Source: Candidatus Hodarchaeota archaeon (GTDB lineage Archaea; Asgardarchaeota; Heimdallarchaeia; Hodarchaeales; Hodarchaeaceae). Taken from it: DNA of 38,931 bases. Both the position numbers and the translations under genes were made by a program. The notes under the pieces were generated by a model. The model was not told the origin of the DNA, made no database searches, and saw only the letters and a list, made by a program, of their open reading frames with translations. Below, piece by piece: positions 1-7,584 of this stretch. The stretch is from positions 1 through 38,931 of the forward strand of contig JAEOTQ010000025.1 of NCBI GenBank assembly GCA_016839785.1, given 5' to 3'. Position 1 is the stretch's first letter. Every line of letters begins with the position of its first letter.

Positions 1-2
1 CA

Positions 3-890
3 TTGAGTAGTATAGAAGGAATGACTCCGCAAATAAAAGAGGATAGAAGTATCATTGATGGAAAATGGTACCGAATAATTGCCCTTCCAATAATCTACGA
101 AGGAAAAGTTGCAGCAATTGAGCTTATTCAAGATATCACAGCAGAAAAGCACCAAAGACAAATATTCGATTCTTTACAATCAAAAGATTCTTTAGTATTA
201 AATATTGTGAGACACGATGTTCCTAATTACTTGAATATCATCAATATGGCTTTAGAAAGTTTAAAAATGACGGATAATTTAGGAGAAGAGGAAAAAACTT
301 ACTTAAATATCGCACAAGCTAATGCATCCCATACAATATCCATTTTGGAAGAATTACGAAATTTAAGCAGACTAGAAGACCCCTTAACAAATTTGGAACA
401 GGTAGATGTAGTCTCAGTTCTAGAAAACTGTATTTCTGAAGTTTCAACTATGTTTCCAGATAAGAATTTACAAACAAAAATCGATGTAAGGATTTTAGAA
501 GACACTGGTATCATTTGGGCGAATAATTTACTTATGGATATCTTTCTCAATATTCTTACAAATGCTATAAAATTTACTCCTGGTCCAACGGTAAGAGTAG
601 ATGCCCAATTGACAAACTATCTCGATGATCAGGAGTACATTCAAATTGAGTTTGTTGATTATGGTAATGGAATACCTCCTGAAATTAAAGAAGTATTATT
701 TAATCGCGCAGAGAGACTAAATCGTGGTTGGAAGTCCTCAAAAGGGTCTACTGGTCTTGGAGTGACTATTGTTAAATCTTTAGTGGAAATATTTGGAGGA
801 GAAATATTCTACTTGAATAGAGTAAAAGATGATTGGACACAAGGGACGAAAATTATTATACGTTTTCCTCAAGTTCTTATAAGAAATTGA
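3..890 (+). CDS. Sensor histidine kinase (5'-truncated; end of PAS/PAC + HisKA + HATPase_c)
   Basis: H-box NIVRHDVPNYL, N-box DIFLNILTNAIKF, G1 DYGNGIP, G2 GSTGLGVTIV; PAC-like IELIQDIT; frame open to the window edge. Confidence 0.92.
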   Translation: MSSIEGMTPQIKEDRSIIDGKWYRIIALPIIYEGKVAAIELIQDITAEKHQRQIFDSLQSKDSLVLNIVRHDVPNYLNIINMALESLKMTDNLGEEEKTYLNIAQANASHTISILEELRNLSRLEDPLTNLEQVDVVSVLENCISEVSTMFPDKNLQTKIDVRILEDTGIIWANNLLMDIFLNILTNAIKFTPGPTVRVDAQLTNYLDDQEYIQIEFVDYGNGIPPEIKEVLFNRAERLNRGWKSSKGSTGLGVTIVKSLVEIFGGEIFYLNRVKDDWTQGTKIIIRFPQVLIRN

Positions 891-1178
891 TATTTCCTTT
901 TCGTCAAGGATTACAACTTTTTTATATCTCTCTGTGTTGTATGTATTCTCAAGGATATTTTTATACAATAGCTCTAGTCTAAAGACATATAAATAAATCG
1001 AGATGATTCTTACTTGCGAAGCAAGTGTTAAAACAAGTGTCTGAAAATAAAGATTCCTTTAAAGGAATATTAAATTTCATAGTCTAAAGCATTAGACGGG
1101 AAGTGGAAGTTTTTCAGTATAATGATACTGATACAGACGGTGTTTTCTACAACAGCGCTTTAGATACAAAATAACTAT

Positions 1179-1193
1179 CGAAGGTATTAAATA
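1179..1193 (+). promoter_or_regulatory. Putative archaeal BRE/TATA promoter
   Basis: CGAAGG followed by TATTAAATA; would place a TSS near 1215-1220. Confidence 0.4.
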
Positions 1194-1327
1194 TGACAAG
1201 ACAAAATACAAAATATAATGGCACCGCAAAAATTGGTGCAGTTTTTAATTCACTATTTATTTCAGTGAATAACAATACACATATTAAACCAGAACCTTAT
1301 GTTCCCATTAATATGCGAAGTGCTTAG
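1193..1327 (+). CDS. Possible 44-aa small protein (MTRQNTKYNGTAKIGAVFNSLFISVNNNTHIKPEPYVPINMRSA); alternative to an sRNA reading
   Basis: ATG..TAG ORF followed by a palindrome and a pyrimidine/T run; no homology recognised. Confidence 0.2.
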   Translation: MTRQNTKYNGTAKIGAVFNSLFISVNNNTHIKPEPYVPINMRSA

Positions 1328-1360
1328 ATTAATCTAAGCTTCTTTCAACCCCCATTTTTT
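1322..1360 (+). terminator. Putative terminator (18-bp palindrome then TTCTTTCAACCCCCATTTTTT)
   Basis: Perfect palindrome followed by a pyrimidine tract and T6 on the + strand. Confidence 0.4.
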
Positions 1361-1387
1361 ATGTCTACATCGGTTAAGACAGAGTCC

Positions 1388-2749
1388 TTACCAGTTTCTT
1401 ATATCATTCATTATTGACATGAATTCATTTTCCCACTCTGAAAAACCTTGGGGTGTGCTAGGATATCTAGCAAAAAGATGATCGAATTTTTGAACACCCT
1501 TAGCAATTTTATAGAGATTGTACAGTAGGTCATAACGTGGAAATCCCTTCAGTATGATTTTGAAGATATCAACTTTTCCAAGACTATTTCCTCCATGTAG
1601 AGTCATAAATTGATCTTGTGTAAGAATTTTACGTTTAAAAAGATATTCTAGTCCTGGTGTTTTAACTTTACGTAATGCTTCTGTGAATAATTGTAGTTTT
1701 GTGTGAGATAGGCCGAAGTCTTTCATTACTGCAATATTATATCCCCATAATTGTTGTTCTGTCACATCTTTCGCTTTTAACGCTTCGGAGGCGATTTTTC
1801 CTGCATAATATCCCGCTGAAAGAGCAGGCCCATGACCTTCTGCAGAAAAAGGATTTACATGAAAAGCACTATCACCTGCTGCTATAAAGCCAGAAGCAAC
1901 CGCATTCATTAAGGGATAGCGTGTAGGAATTGTATATCCACCTTTATCCTCCACCTCATAGGTTCTTGGAGGATAATATTTATGGAGAACATCTCTAAAG
2001 AGTTCTTTCATCCCTTTCTCTACGGACATATCGAGGTACCACCCAATGCCTATGTTAAGCCTTTTGGTCCCTTTACTAAAGATCCAAAAGTATCCTGGTT
2101 CAGGAATTATACTATCATAAATTAGTAAAATCTTCTTCTCATAATGATGGTCTTCTTTAAGTCGAATTATCTCTCTATAAGATGCAGCTACGTCTCTCTT
2201 TGCCATTTTCCTCTCTAAATTTGGGAATAACTCAGAAGGGATAGTTTTTCTTATCTGATAATTCCTTCCACTACAGTCTATAGTGATATAAGCCTTTATT
2301 TCGTAAGCTTCTTTATTTCCTTTTTCCCTAACTAGTGCACCTGTTACACTAGTTTCATCAACAATTGCACTAACAGCTTTTGTATCAGCTCGTACTTCTA
2401 CTCCGCTCTCAACCGCAATCTTTAGTAGACGTTGTCCGTACGGATGTCTATTTAGTACAAAACCATCACCGAATAATGGAAAAGTGACCCGGTCTGTTTG
2501 GAAGACTAATGCTTCAACAATATCAGCCACTTCCTCTCCATGGGGTAATGGGATTCCTAATTCCTTTTCTAACAGTTTCAAAGGGCCTAGATTAATCGCA
2601 TCTCCACAAATTTTATTCCCAATTTCCTCAAATGGTTTTGCATCTATTAGGATTACTTTATACCCCTTTTTTGCGATAGTTAAGGCTGAAAGAACTCCAG
2701 CAGGGCCCCCACCAACTACTAAGACGTCCGTATTCGCCATTATACCCAC
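1388..2749 (-). CDS. Geranylgeranyl reductase family FAD oxidoreductase (digeranylgeranylglycerophospholipid reductase-like)
   Basis: DVLVVGGGPAG Rossmann motif, KICGDAI, PGYFWIF, AAGDSAFHVNPFSAEG; likely start ATG 2740. Confidence 0.9.
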   Translation of the reverse strand: MGIMANTDVLVVGGGPAGVLSALTIAKKGYKVILIDAKPFEEIGNKICGDAINLGPLKLLEKELGIPLPHGEEVADIVEALVFQTDRVTFPLFGDGFVLNRHPYGQRLLKIAVESGVEVRADTKAVSAIVDETSVTGALVREKGNKEAYEIKAYITIDCSGRNYQIRKTIPSELFPNLERKMAKRDVAASYREIIRLKEDHHYEKKILLIYDSIIPEPGYFWIFSKGTKRLNIGIGWYLDMSVEKGMKELFRDVLHKYYPPRTYEVEDKGGYTIPTRYPLMNAVASGFIAAGDSAFHVNPFSAEGHGPALSAGYYAGKIASEALKAKDVTEQQLWGYNIAVMKDFGLSHTKLQLFTEALRKVKTPGLEYLFKRKILTQDQFMTLHGGNSLGKVDIFKIILKGFPRYDLLYNLYKIAKGVQKFDHLFARYPSTPQGFSEWENEFMSIMNDIRNW

Positions 2750-2905
2750 TTTCGTAACAGATTGAGAAAAAACTGCTCTGATTAAAAAGAAAATCGATCA
2801 CCAACCTCGCAAACATTTTCGCAAAACTTTTTTAGTGCGTTATCCAAACCTAGACAAATCTCAATTCCAATTTAATTTTGAGCAAGAATCGGAGCAAATT
2901 TCATA

Positions 2906-3937
2906 GTGGAATCTGACCAACGGCGATTATATCTTAATAACTGGGCATTGATGACTTCAGGTAATCGTGTTATGTGGTCTTTTGGTGATATCAACCAAGA
3001 AAAACAAGAAATGACTCTTGATTTTATCACAGCCTTATCCAAGCTCGGTTATGAAATTTGGGGAAAAGATCAATCAATAGGTACAATTCGATTACGATAT
3101 GCAACTCCACATCCTAGTCATGCACGTGAAATTATGATTATTGACTTACATCGGGAATATAACATTGTTATCTCTGATCCTCTTGTTACTACAAGACTGA
3201 TGAGCAAGATTACTGTTGATAATGACCAATCTCAGGATATCGATAATATTCGGAGTATCCTTGCTGGTTCTGCAGCTGTAACGTATTCAAAATTTTTTTC
3301 AGAAGGAAGCACTCTAGAACCATCCATTGTTGATGAAATTTTCCAGGAGGCCGTGACCGCGGTAACTTACAATAAGAAAGTCACTGTTGGAAATGGAGAA
3401 TGCTCATTTTCTGCTCTTTCAGTCGAAGAGCTCCTCTTTTTTCACGCATTGTTGAAAAACTTGTTTGAATCCCATTCTCGGTACGCGAGTTTCCCCCAAA
3501 CTAGACCTTGGGGAGTAGTTCATTCTAGTACAGGTGCTCCAGTATATCTTGAACATGAACCTCCGATTGATGGAGCACTGATAAGTGCTTTTTCGTCAGT
3601 AACAGCTGCATACTGCAATCTTTTATTTTCTGCGTATCCCTCCCGACTAGTTTTCGGATATGATGCCTCTTCAGGAATGGAATTTATAACAACAACAGAC
3701 AACATCTTTGTTATAAATAACCCTCAACGTCTTTTAAAACTCCAACGTTTCGTTCGTCAATGGAAAAAAGTACCCAAGCACATCAAAGAGGATCTAATTC
3801 CAGCAATGAAATCATATTTTGTCGATTTAGCTATTTTAGAGGAACGACAGCGTCTTAAGTCCCTCGAATTCCATCAAGTGATCAATAATTTTACACATAT
3901 GGGCATAAGAAGAGCTAGAGAATATAAAGAATTATAA
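2906..3937 (+). CDS. Hypothetical protein, probably two tandem longin-like domains
   Basis: Two units with an apparent beta-beta-alpha-beta-beta-beta-alpha pattern: WALMTSG-RVMWS..DFITALSKLGYEIW..IGTIRL..IMIIDL..IVISD and WGVVHSSTG-APVY..LISAFSSVTAAY..RLVFG..MEFIT..IFVINN. Confidence 0.55.
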   Translation: MESDQRRLYLNNWALMTSGNRVMWSFGDINQEKQEMTLDFITALSKLGYEIWGKDQSIGTIRLRYATPHPSHAREIMIIDLHREYNIVISDPLVTTRLMSKITVDNDQSQDIDNIRSILAGSAAVTYSKFFSEGSTLEPSIVDEIFQEAVTAVTYNKKVTVGNGECSFSALSVEELLFFHALLKNLFESHSRYASFPQTRPWGVVHSSTGAPVYLEHEPPIDGALISAFSSVTAAYCNLLFSAYPSRLVFGYDASSGMEFITTTDNIFVINNPQRLLKLQRFVRQWKKVPKHIKEDLIPAMKSYFVDLAILEERQRLKSLEFHQVINNFTHMGIRRAREYKEL

Positions 3938-4387
3938 AGGAACTGATACATCAGCAATCAAGGGATGAGTATACTCTATCAATTCTTTAACGGATATACA
4001 TACATTTTTTCCAGTATCCCCTCCTCCTCCATATACTATCTGTTGATTTAGAACGAGTTCATCTAGTATTGTTGGTAATTGAAGGCTAATGGGGGGAACA
4101 TCCCCAACATAATAGCCTGTTTGCTTTTTAACTTTTTTAGGAGCGGCTAGAGTAATATCTCGTACAAGTAGTAGCTTTTTCAATTTGGATGTCTTAATTC
4201 TTCGATTTCCTTGAAGAATTATCAGATAATACATCTTCGATGAATCCACTACAACGATTGTCTTTACTATCTCCTCCCTCTTACACTGAAGTTCCTTACA
4301 AGTCTCTTCCACTGTGCGTGTAGACGCATCTACAGAAATGATTGTTGCTTTCAATCCATTATTTGTGATATAATCCTGTAAATTCAT
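3932..4387 (-). CDS. YbaK/EbsC/ProX family aminoacyl-tRNA deacylase
   Basis: TRTVEE, IVKTIVV, TGYYVGDVPP, VYGGGG motifs. Confidence 0.9.
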   Translation of the reverse strand: MNLQDYITNNGLKATIISVDASTRTVEETCKELQCKREEIVKTIVVVDSSKMYYLIILQGNRRIKTSKLKKLLLVRDITLAAPKKVKKQTGYYVGDVPPISLQLPTILDELVLNQQIVYGGGGDTGKNVCISVKELIEYTHPLIADVSVPL

Positions 4388-4470
4388 CGCTAACCCTTAC
4401 AAAAACTGGAATTCAGAGAGGTAAAGAATATTAGTTTCGTTTAAAAATATGCGAGAAAATCTCTCTTATT

Positions 4471-5013
4471 ATGCTTTTTGGTGAAAAGATCTACTTACGT
4501 GGGTTAGAGCTCTCAGACGTTTCTGAAATTATGAAGTATTGGAATAATCGAGAGCTAAAACAATTCTTAAATGCAATAGCACCTCATTCCATCCAGGAAG
4601 AGGAAGAATGGATCAAAAAAACTTGGGATGAAAGAAAAAATGGTAAATCTTTCTTATTTGGAATGGTTCTTCTCGAATCTGATCTCTATATTGGAAATGT
4701 GGAAGTCAGAATTCTCGATACAATAAGTCGTCGTGGAAACCTTGGAATTGCCATTTTTAATCCAGAATATTGGAGTAAGGGACATGGTACTGAAGCAATT
4801 GGATTAATTCTTCAATACTCGTTTACAACGTTGAATTTACATTCCGTTGAATTAGAAGTTTTTTCAAACAATCCACGAGCTCAACAATGTTATGAAAAAA
4901 GCGGGTTTAAGAAAACGGGAGTGCGTCGTGAAGCTCTTTTTAGTAATGGAAGTTACATTGATATTTACTTACTTGATATTACGAAGAAAGAATGGAGATC
5001 TGCAAATCTTTAG
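4471..5013 (+). CDS. RimJ/RimL family GNAT N-acetyltransferase
   Basis: IYLRGLE, YWSKGHGTEA, LNLHSVELEV, NPRAQQCYEKSGF. Confidence 0.9.
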   Translation: MLFGEKIYLRGLELSDVSEIMKYWNNRELKQFLNAIAPHSIQEEEEWIKKTWDERKNGKSFLFGMVLLESDLYIGNVEVRILDTISRRGNLGIAIFNPEYWSKGHGTEAIGLILQYSFTTLNLHSVELEVFSNNPRAQQCYEKSGFKKTGVRREALFSNGSYIDIYLLDITKKEWRSANL

Positions 5014-5025
5014 ATTTTTACAGTT

Positions 5026-5793
5026 TTAATTTGCGGTTTTAGGCTGAGATATTGCTTCTTGAATCTGCAAAAGATCGGGTTGTGTAGGGTGAAATTTTCC
5101 AAATGTACAGAGATCTTTTAGATGACATTTATCACACAATGGATCGATTTTTTTACACACTAGTTGGCTATGACTGACAATTAATGCATGGAACTTCCCT
5201 AGAGTGTAATAATCTGAAGAAATCGATTTTGCGATAAATTCTTGGATAATTTCATATTTCTCCTTCAGATAATGAATCTCACCATAAATTCTTGCAAAGA
5301 AACGACGGGTATAAGTACCAATGATTGGTACTGAAACATAAAAACAATATACGAGTAAGGAATCAGCGGTTTCCTTCCCAACACCCTTTATTCGCAATAA
5401 CTCATCTCTTGAAGGTGGATCCAACCCCTTGGAATCATATTCTAGAAATATTTTAGAGAGGAAAATTAATGTTTGCGATTTTTGTTTATAAAAACCCGCA
5501 GGTTTAATCATCTCTTCAAGCTGTATAATTCCCAAATCTAAGAGATTTTCAAATGATTTGACATTACTCCTATAGAGATTGGAAATTGCTAAATCTACAT
5601 TGTTCCAATTCGTATTCTGAACTAGAATAGTTCCTATTGCAACTTCAAACAATTCTTCTCTGGATTTCCTCTTTAACCAAAGCATCCATGTCTCATGATG
5701 GGGTTCGATACGGTGAGAGGATGTTGACAATAACTGGTACAGGTCATTTAATTCCAAGGCAACCACTCTTAATATTTTTAGAGAAACATACAA
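5026..5793 (-). CDS. Endonuclease III-like HhH-GPD protein with 4Fe-4S cluster; conserved Asp replaced by Gly
   Basis: ILVQNTNWNNV, IKPAGFYKQKS, HhH LLRIKGVGKETADSLL, C-x6-C-x2-C-x5-C (CKKIDPLCDKCHLKDLC); IIGTYTRR instead of VVDxYTxR. Confidence 0.88.
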   Translation of the reverse strand: MYVSLKILRVVALELNDLYQLLSTSSHRIEPHHETWMLWLKRKSREELFEVAIGTILVQNTNWNNVDLAISNLYRSNVKSFENLLDLGIIQLEEMIKPAGFYKQKSQTLIFLSKIFLEYDSKGLDPPSRDELLRIKGVGKETADSLLVYCFYVSVPIIGTYTRRFFARIYGEIHYLKEKYEIIQEFIAKSISSDYYTLGKFHALIVSHSQLVCKKIDPLCDKCHLKDLCTFGKFHPTQPDLLQIQEAISQPKTAN

Positions 5794-6022
5794 ATTCTAG
5801 CTAAATTTTTCACATTCTCTTCACTGTCAAGGATAATTTACTAGTCTGTTGTGTCAATCTTTTGAGTCAATCATGAAACGAATTGTTAATAAATCCCTTC
5901 ATCATCCAGCAATTAGTTACTTTTGCTTTGCATTGAAACGTTTAATGTCGGGCAAAGGTAAAGAAAGATAAGAAATTTAGGATGAATTGTCTAGTCAAAT
6001 TCATATACATTGACAAAGTGAT

Positions 6023-6445
6023 TTGATTTGTATGTCCAGTCATGAATCAGATGCTCAGCTAGAGACCATTGCATGGCAAGTGATGATTGTCTCCGTTTTT
6101 CGACATACAGAACGACAAACTTTGAATTTATTACTTTCTCTTTTAGGTATTTCGTCATTAGATGATGCCACACGTCTCCTAGAACAAATTTTTGAATTAA
6201 TTCGAAAGGGGATCATTTATATTCCCGAAGCTAGACTAGAAATTTTTCACGAGGCACCAGAATTAGTAGATGTGTATTTAATTAAAGAATTCGATGTTGC
6301 AATGAGATCTTTAGTTGTAGAGTTATCTGAACTAAGAGTGAGATTAAGTCAAGTTGAAGAATTAGATTTTATTCCTCAGAAAGTTCACATCGACTGGAAA
6401 AATTATGTAGAGGGAAAATATATAAATTCAGGAAAAAATTTCTGA
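6023..6445 (+). CDS. Hypothetical protein (possible winged-helix); likely start ATG 6032
   Basis: 140-aa ORF filling the gap; IFELIRKGIIYI resembles a wHTH recognition helix/wing. Confidence 0.55.
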   Translation: MICMSSHESDAQLETIAWQVMIVSVFRHTERQTLNLLLSLLGISSLDDATRLLEQIFELIRKGIIYIPEARLEIFHEAPELVDVYLIKEFDVAMRSLVVELSELRVRLSQVEELDFIPQKVHIDWKNYVEGKYINSGKNF

Positions 6446-6584
6446 CTTATTGATCGAAAGTAATTATTCCCACCTGTAAGTATAGGAAAAGGATCTTTCC
6501 GCAAATTTTTATTCCTCTATTTGCCCTCCCTCAATCCTCCTCGGTGAATATCTATCGTAATTCATATATAGGAATTGTCCTTAA

Positions 6585-6800
6585 ATGACAAAAATTTCTG
6601 TTGAAGTCCCCCAGCACATACTAGATGATCTTCAAGTCCATATTGGAACAGATAGGAAATTTGTAAGCCTTAGTGATGCTATACGGGCTGCATTACGGAA
6701 GTTATTAGATTCTCTTGATGAAATTGATAAGCGCCATGGAAGAGGAGCCGAACTTCCAGGAGACATTAAACCAGACAGTTCATTATCAAGATTGGATTAG
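6585..6800 (+). CDS. Ribbon-helix-helix (CopG/MetJ/Arc) transcriptional regulator
   Basis: KISVEVP strand, QHILDDL helix, SLSDAIRAALRKLL helix. Confidence 0.85.
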   Translation: MTKISVEVPQHILDDLQVHIGTDRKFVSLSDAIRAALRKLLDSLDEIDKRHGRGAELPGDIKPDSSLSRLD

Positions 6801-7578
6801 ATCGGAGCAGAAAATATTGGAAACATTGATAATCTCAATTGGAATATTTTTAACACTTGGAATTTTTACATATATTGCTGCAAAGTACACTGCAGTTACT
6901 AATTCGTATCATGGGTTATTAGCGGGCTACATTCTATTTCTTACACTCGCTCAGTTCTTTGCTGCTAAAATAGCGATATTTAACCTTGATTTTATTTTCC
7001 TTGGTGAGTTTCTCGCACCTGTTGGGGTCATAGTCTTCCCATTTACTTTGCAGATAACCGATATGGTGAATGAGAAATTTGGTCGGCGAGCTGTCTATCA
7101 AATGATATGGATCGCTTTAGTCAGTCAAGTTATGATGGTCATCTTTTTGATTTTTGCATCATATCTACCAGTAGCTTTTGATCCAGATCCATTTGCTGCC
7201 TTTGCAGTTGTACCAGCTATTACTCTTGCATCTTGGATAAGTTTTTTTATCAGTGAAAGATTTGATGCCTGGATTTATGATACACTAAGAGAATGGATCC
7301 GAGTAAAAACTCAAGATGATTCAAAATGGTGGAAATACCTTTGGATTCGAAACGTATTTAGTGATATACTCAGCTTAGGTCTTGATTCCCTAATTTTCGT
7401 TCCATTAGCATTTTTAATTTTTCCCCTTCTCCAAGGATTCTTTGATCCAGCAGTAGAACCTAGTGCAATAGAACTAGTTGTAGACTTAATCATTGGTCAA
7501 ATCGCAATTAAATGGTTCTTAGGAGTAATAGATACTCCCTTTATGTATCTAACAAGATGGATATACGACAGAAATTAA
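6736..7578 (+). CDS. Queuosine precursor (preQ0/preQ1) transporter, YhhQ/Vut_1 (DUF165) family
   Basis: Multi-TM protein; FAAKI, FPFTLQITDMVNEKFGRR, ASWISFFISERFD, WIRNVFSDILSLGLDSLIF, IDTPFMYL; start uncertain (6715/6736/6817). Confidence 0.9.
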   Translation: MEEEPNFQETLNQTVHYQDWIRSEQKILETLIISIGIFLTLGIFTYIAAKYTAVTNSYHGLLAGYILFLTLAQFFAAKIAIFNLDFIFLGEFLAPVGVIVFPFTLQITDMVNEKFGRRAVYQMIWIALVSQVMMVIFLIFASYLPVAFDPDPFAAFAVVPAITLASWISFFISERFDAWIYDTLREWIRVKTQDDSKWWKYLWIRNVFSDILSLGLDSLIFVPLAFLIFPLLQGFFDPAVEPSAIELVVDLIIGQIAIKWFLGVIDTPFMYLTRWIYDRN

Positions 7579-7584
7579 GGATCA

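Larger units (their letters stand above)
1012..1339. repeat. Cluster of seven short inverted repeats/palindromes in a convergent intergenic region
   Basis: ACTTGC-GAA-GCAAGT 1012-1026; ATTCCTTT|AAAGGAAT 1053-1068; GTCTAA-4-TTAGAC 1082-1097; TCAGTAT-4-ATACTGA 1114-1131; GCACC-9-GGTGC 1221-1239; ATTCACT-9-AGTGAAT 1248-1270; GCTTAGATT|AATCTAAGC 1322-1339. Confidence 0.8.

Noticed and set aside
1002-1131. Box C/D sRNA-like words (ATGATT...CTGA; ATGATA-CTGA)
   Set aside because: C boxes are imperfect and the spacing does not fit a C-D'-C'-D guide
975-1387. CRISPR array or MITE reading of the palindrome cluster
   Set aside because: The palindromes differ in sequence and are irregularly spaced; no convincing terminal inverted repeats or target-site duplication
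5825-6014. Repeated GTCAA words and a GTCAA-N11-TTGAC inverted repeat as an operator
   Set aside because: 5-bp matches are expected by chance in AT-rich DNA
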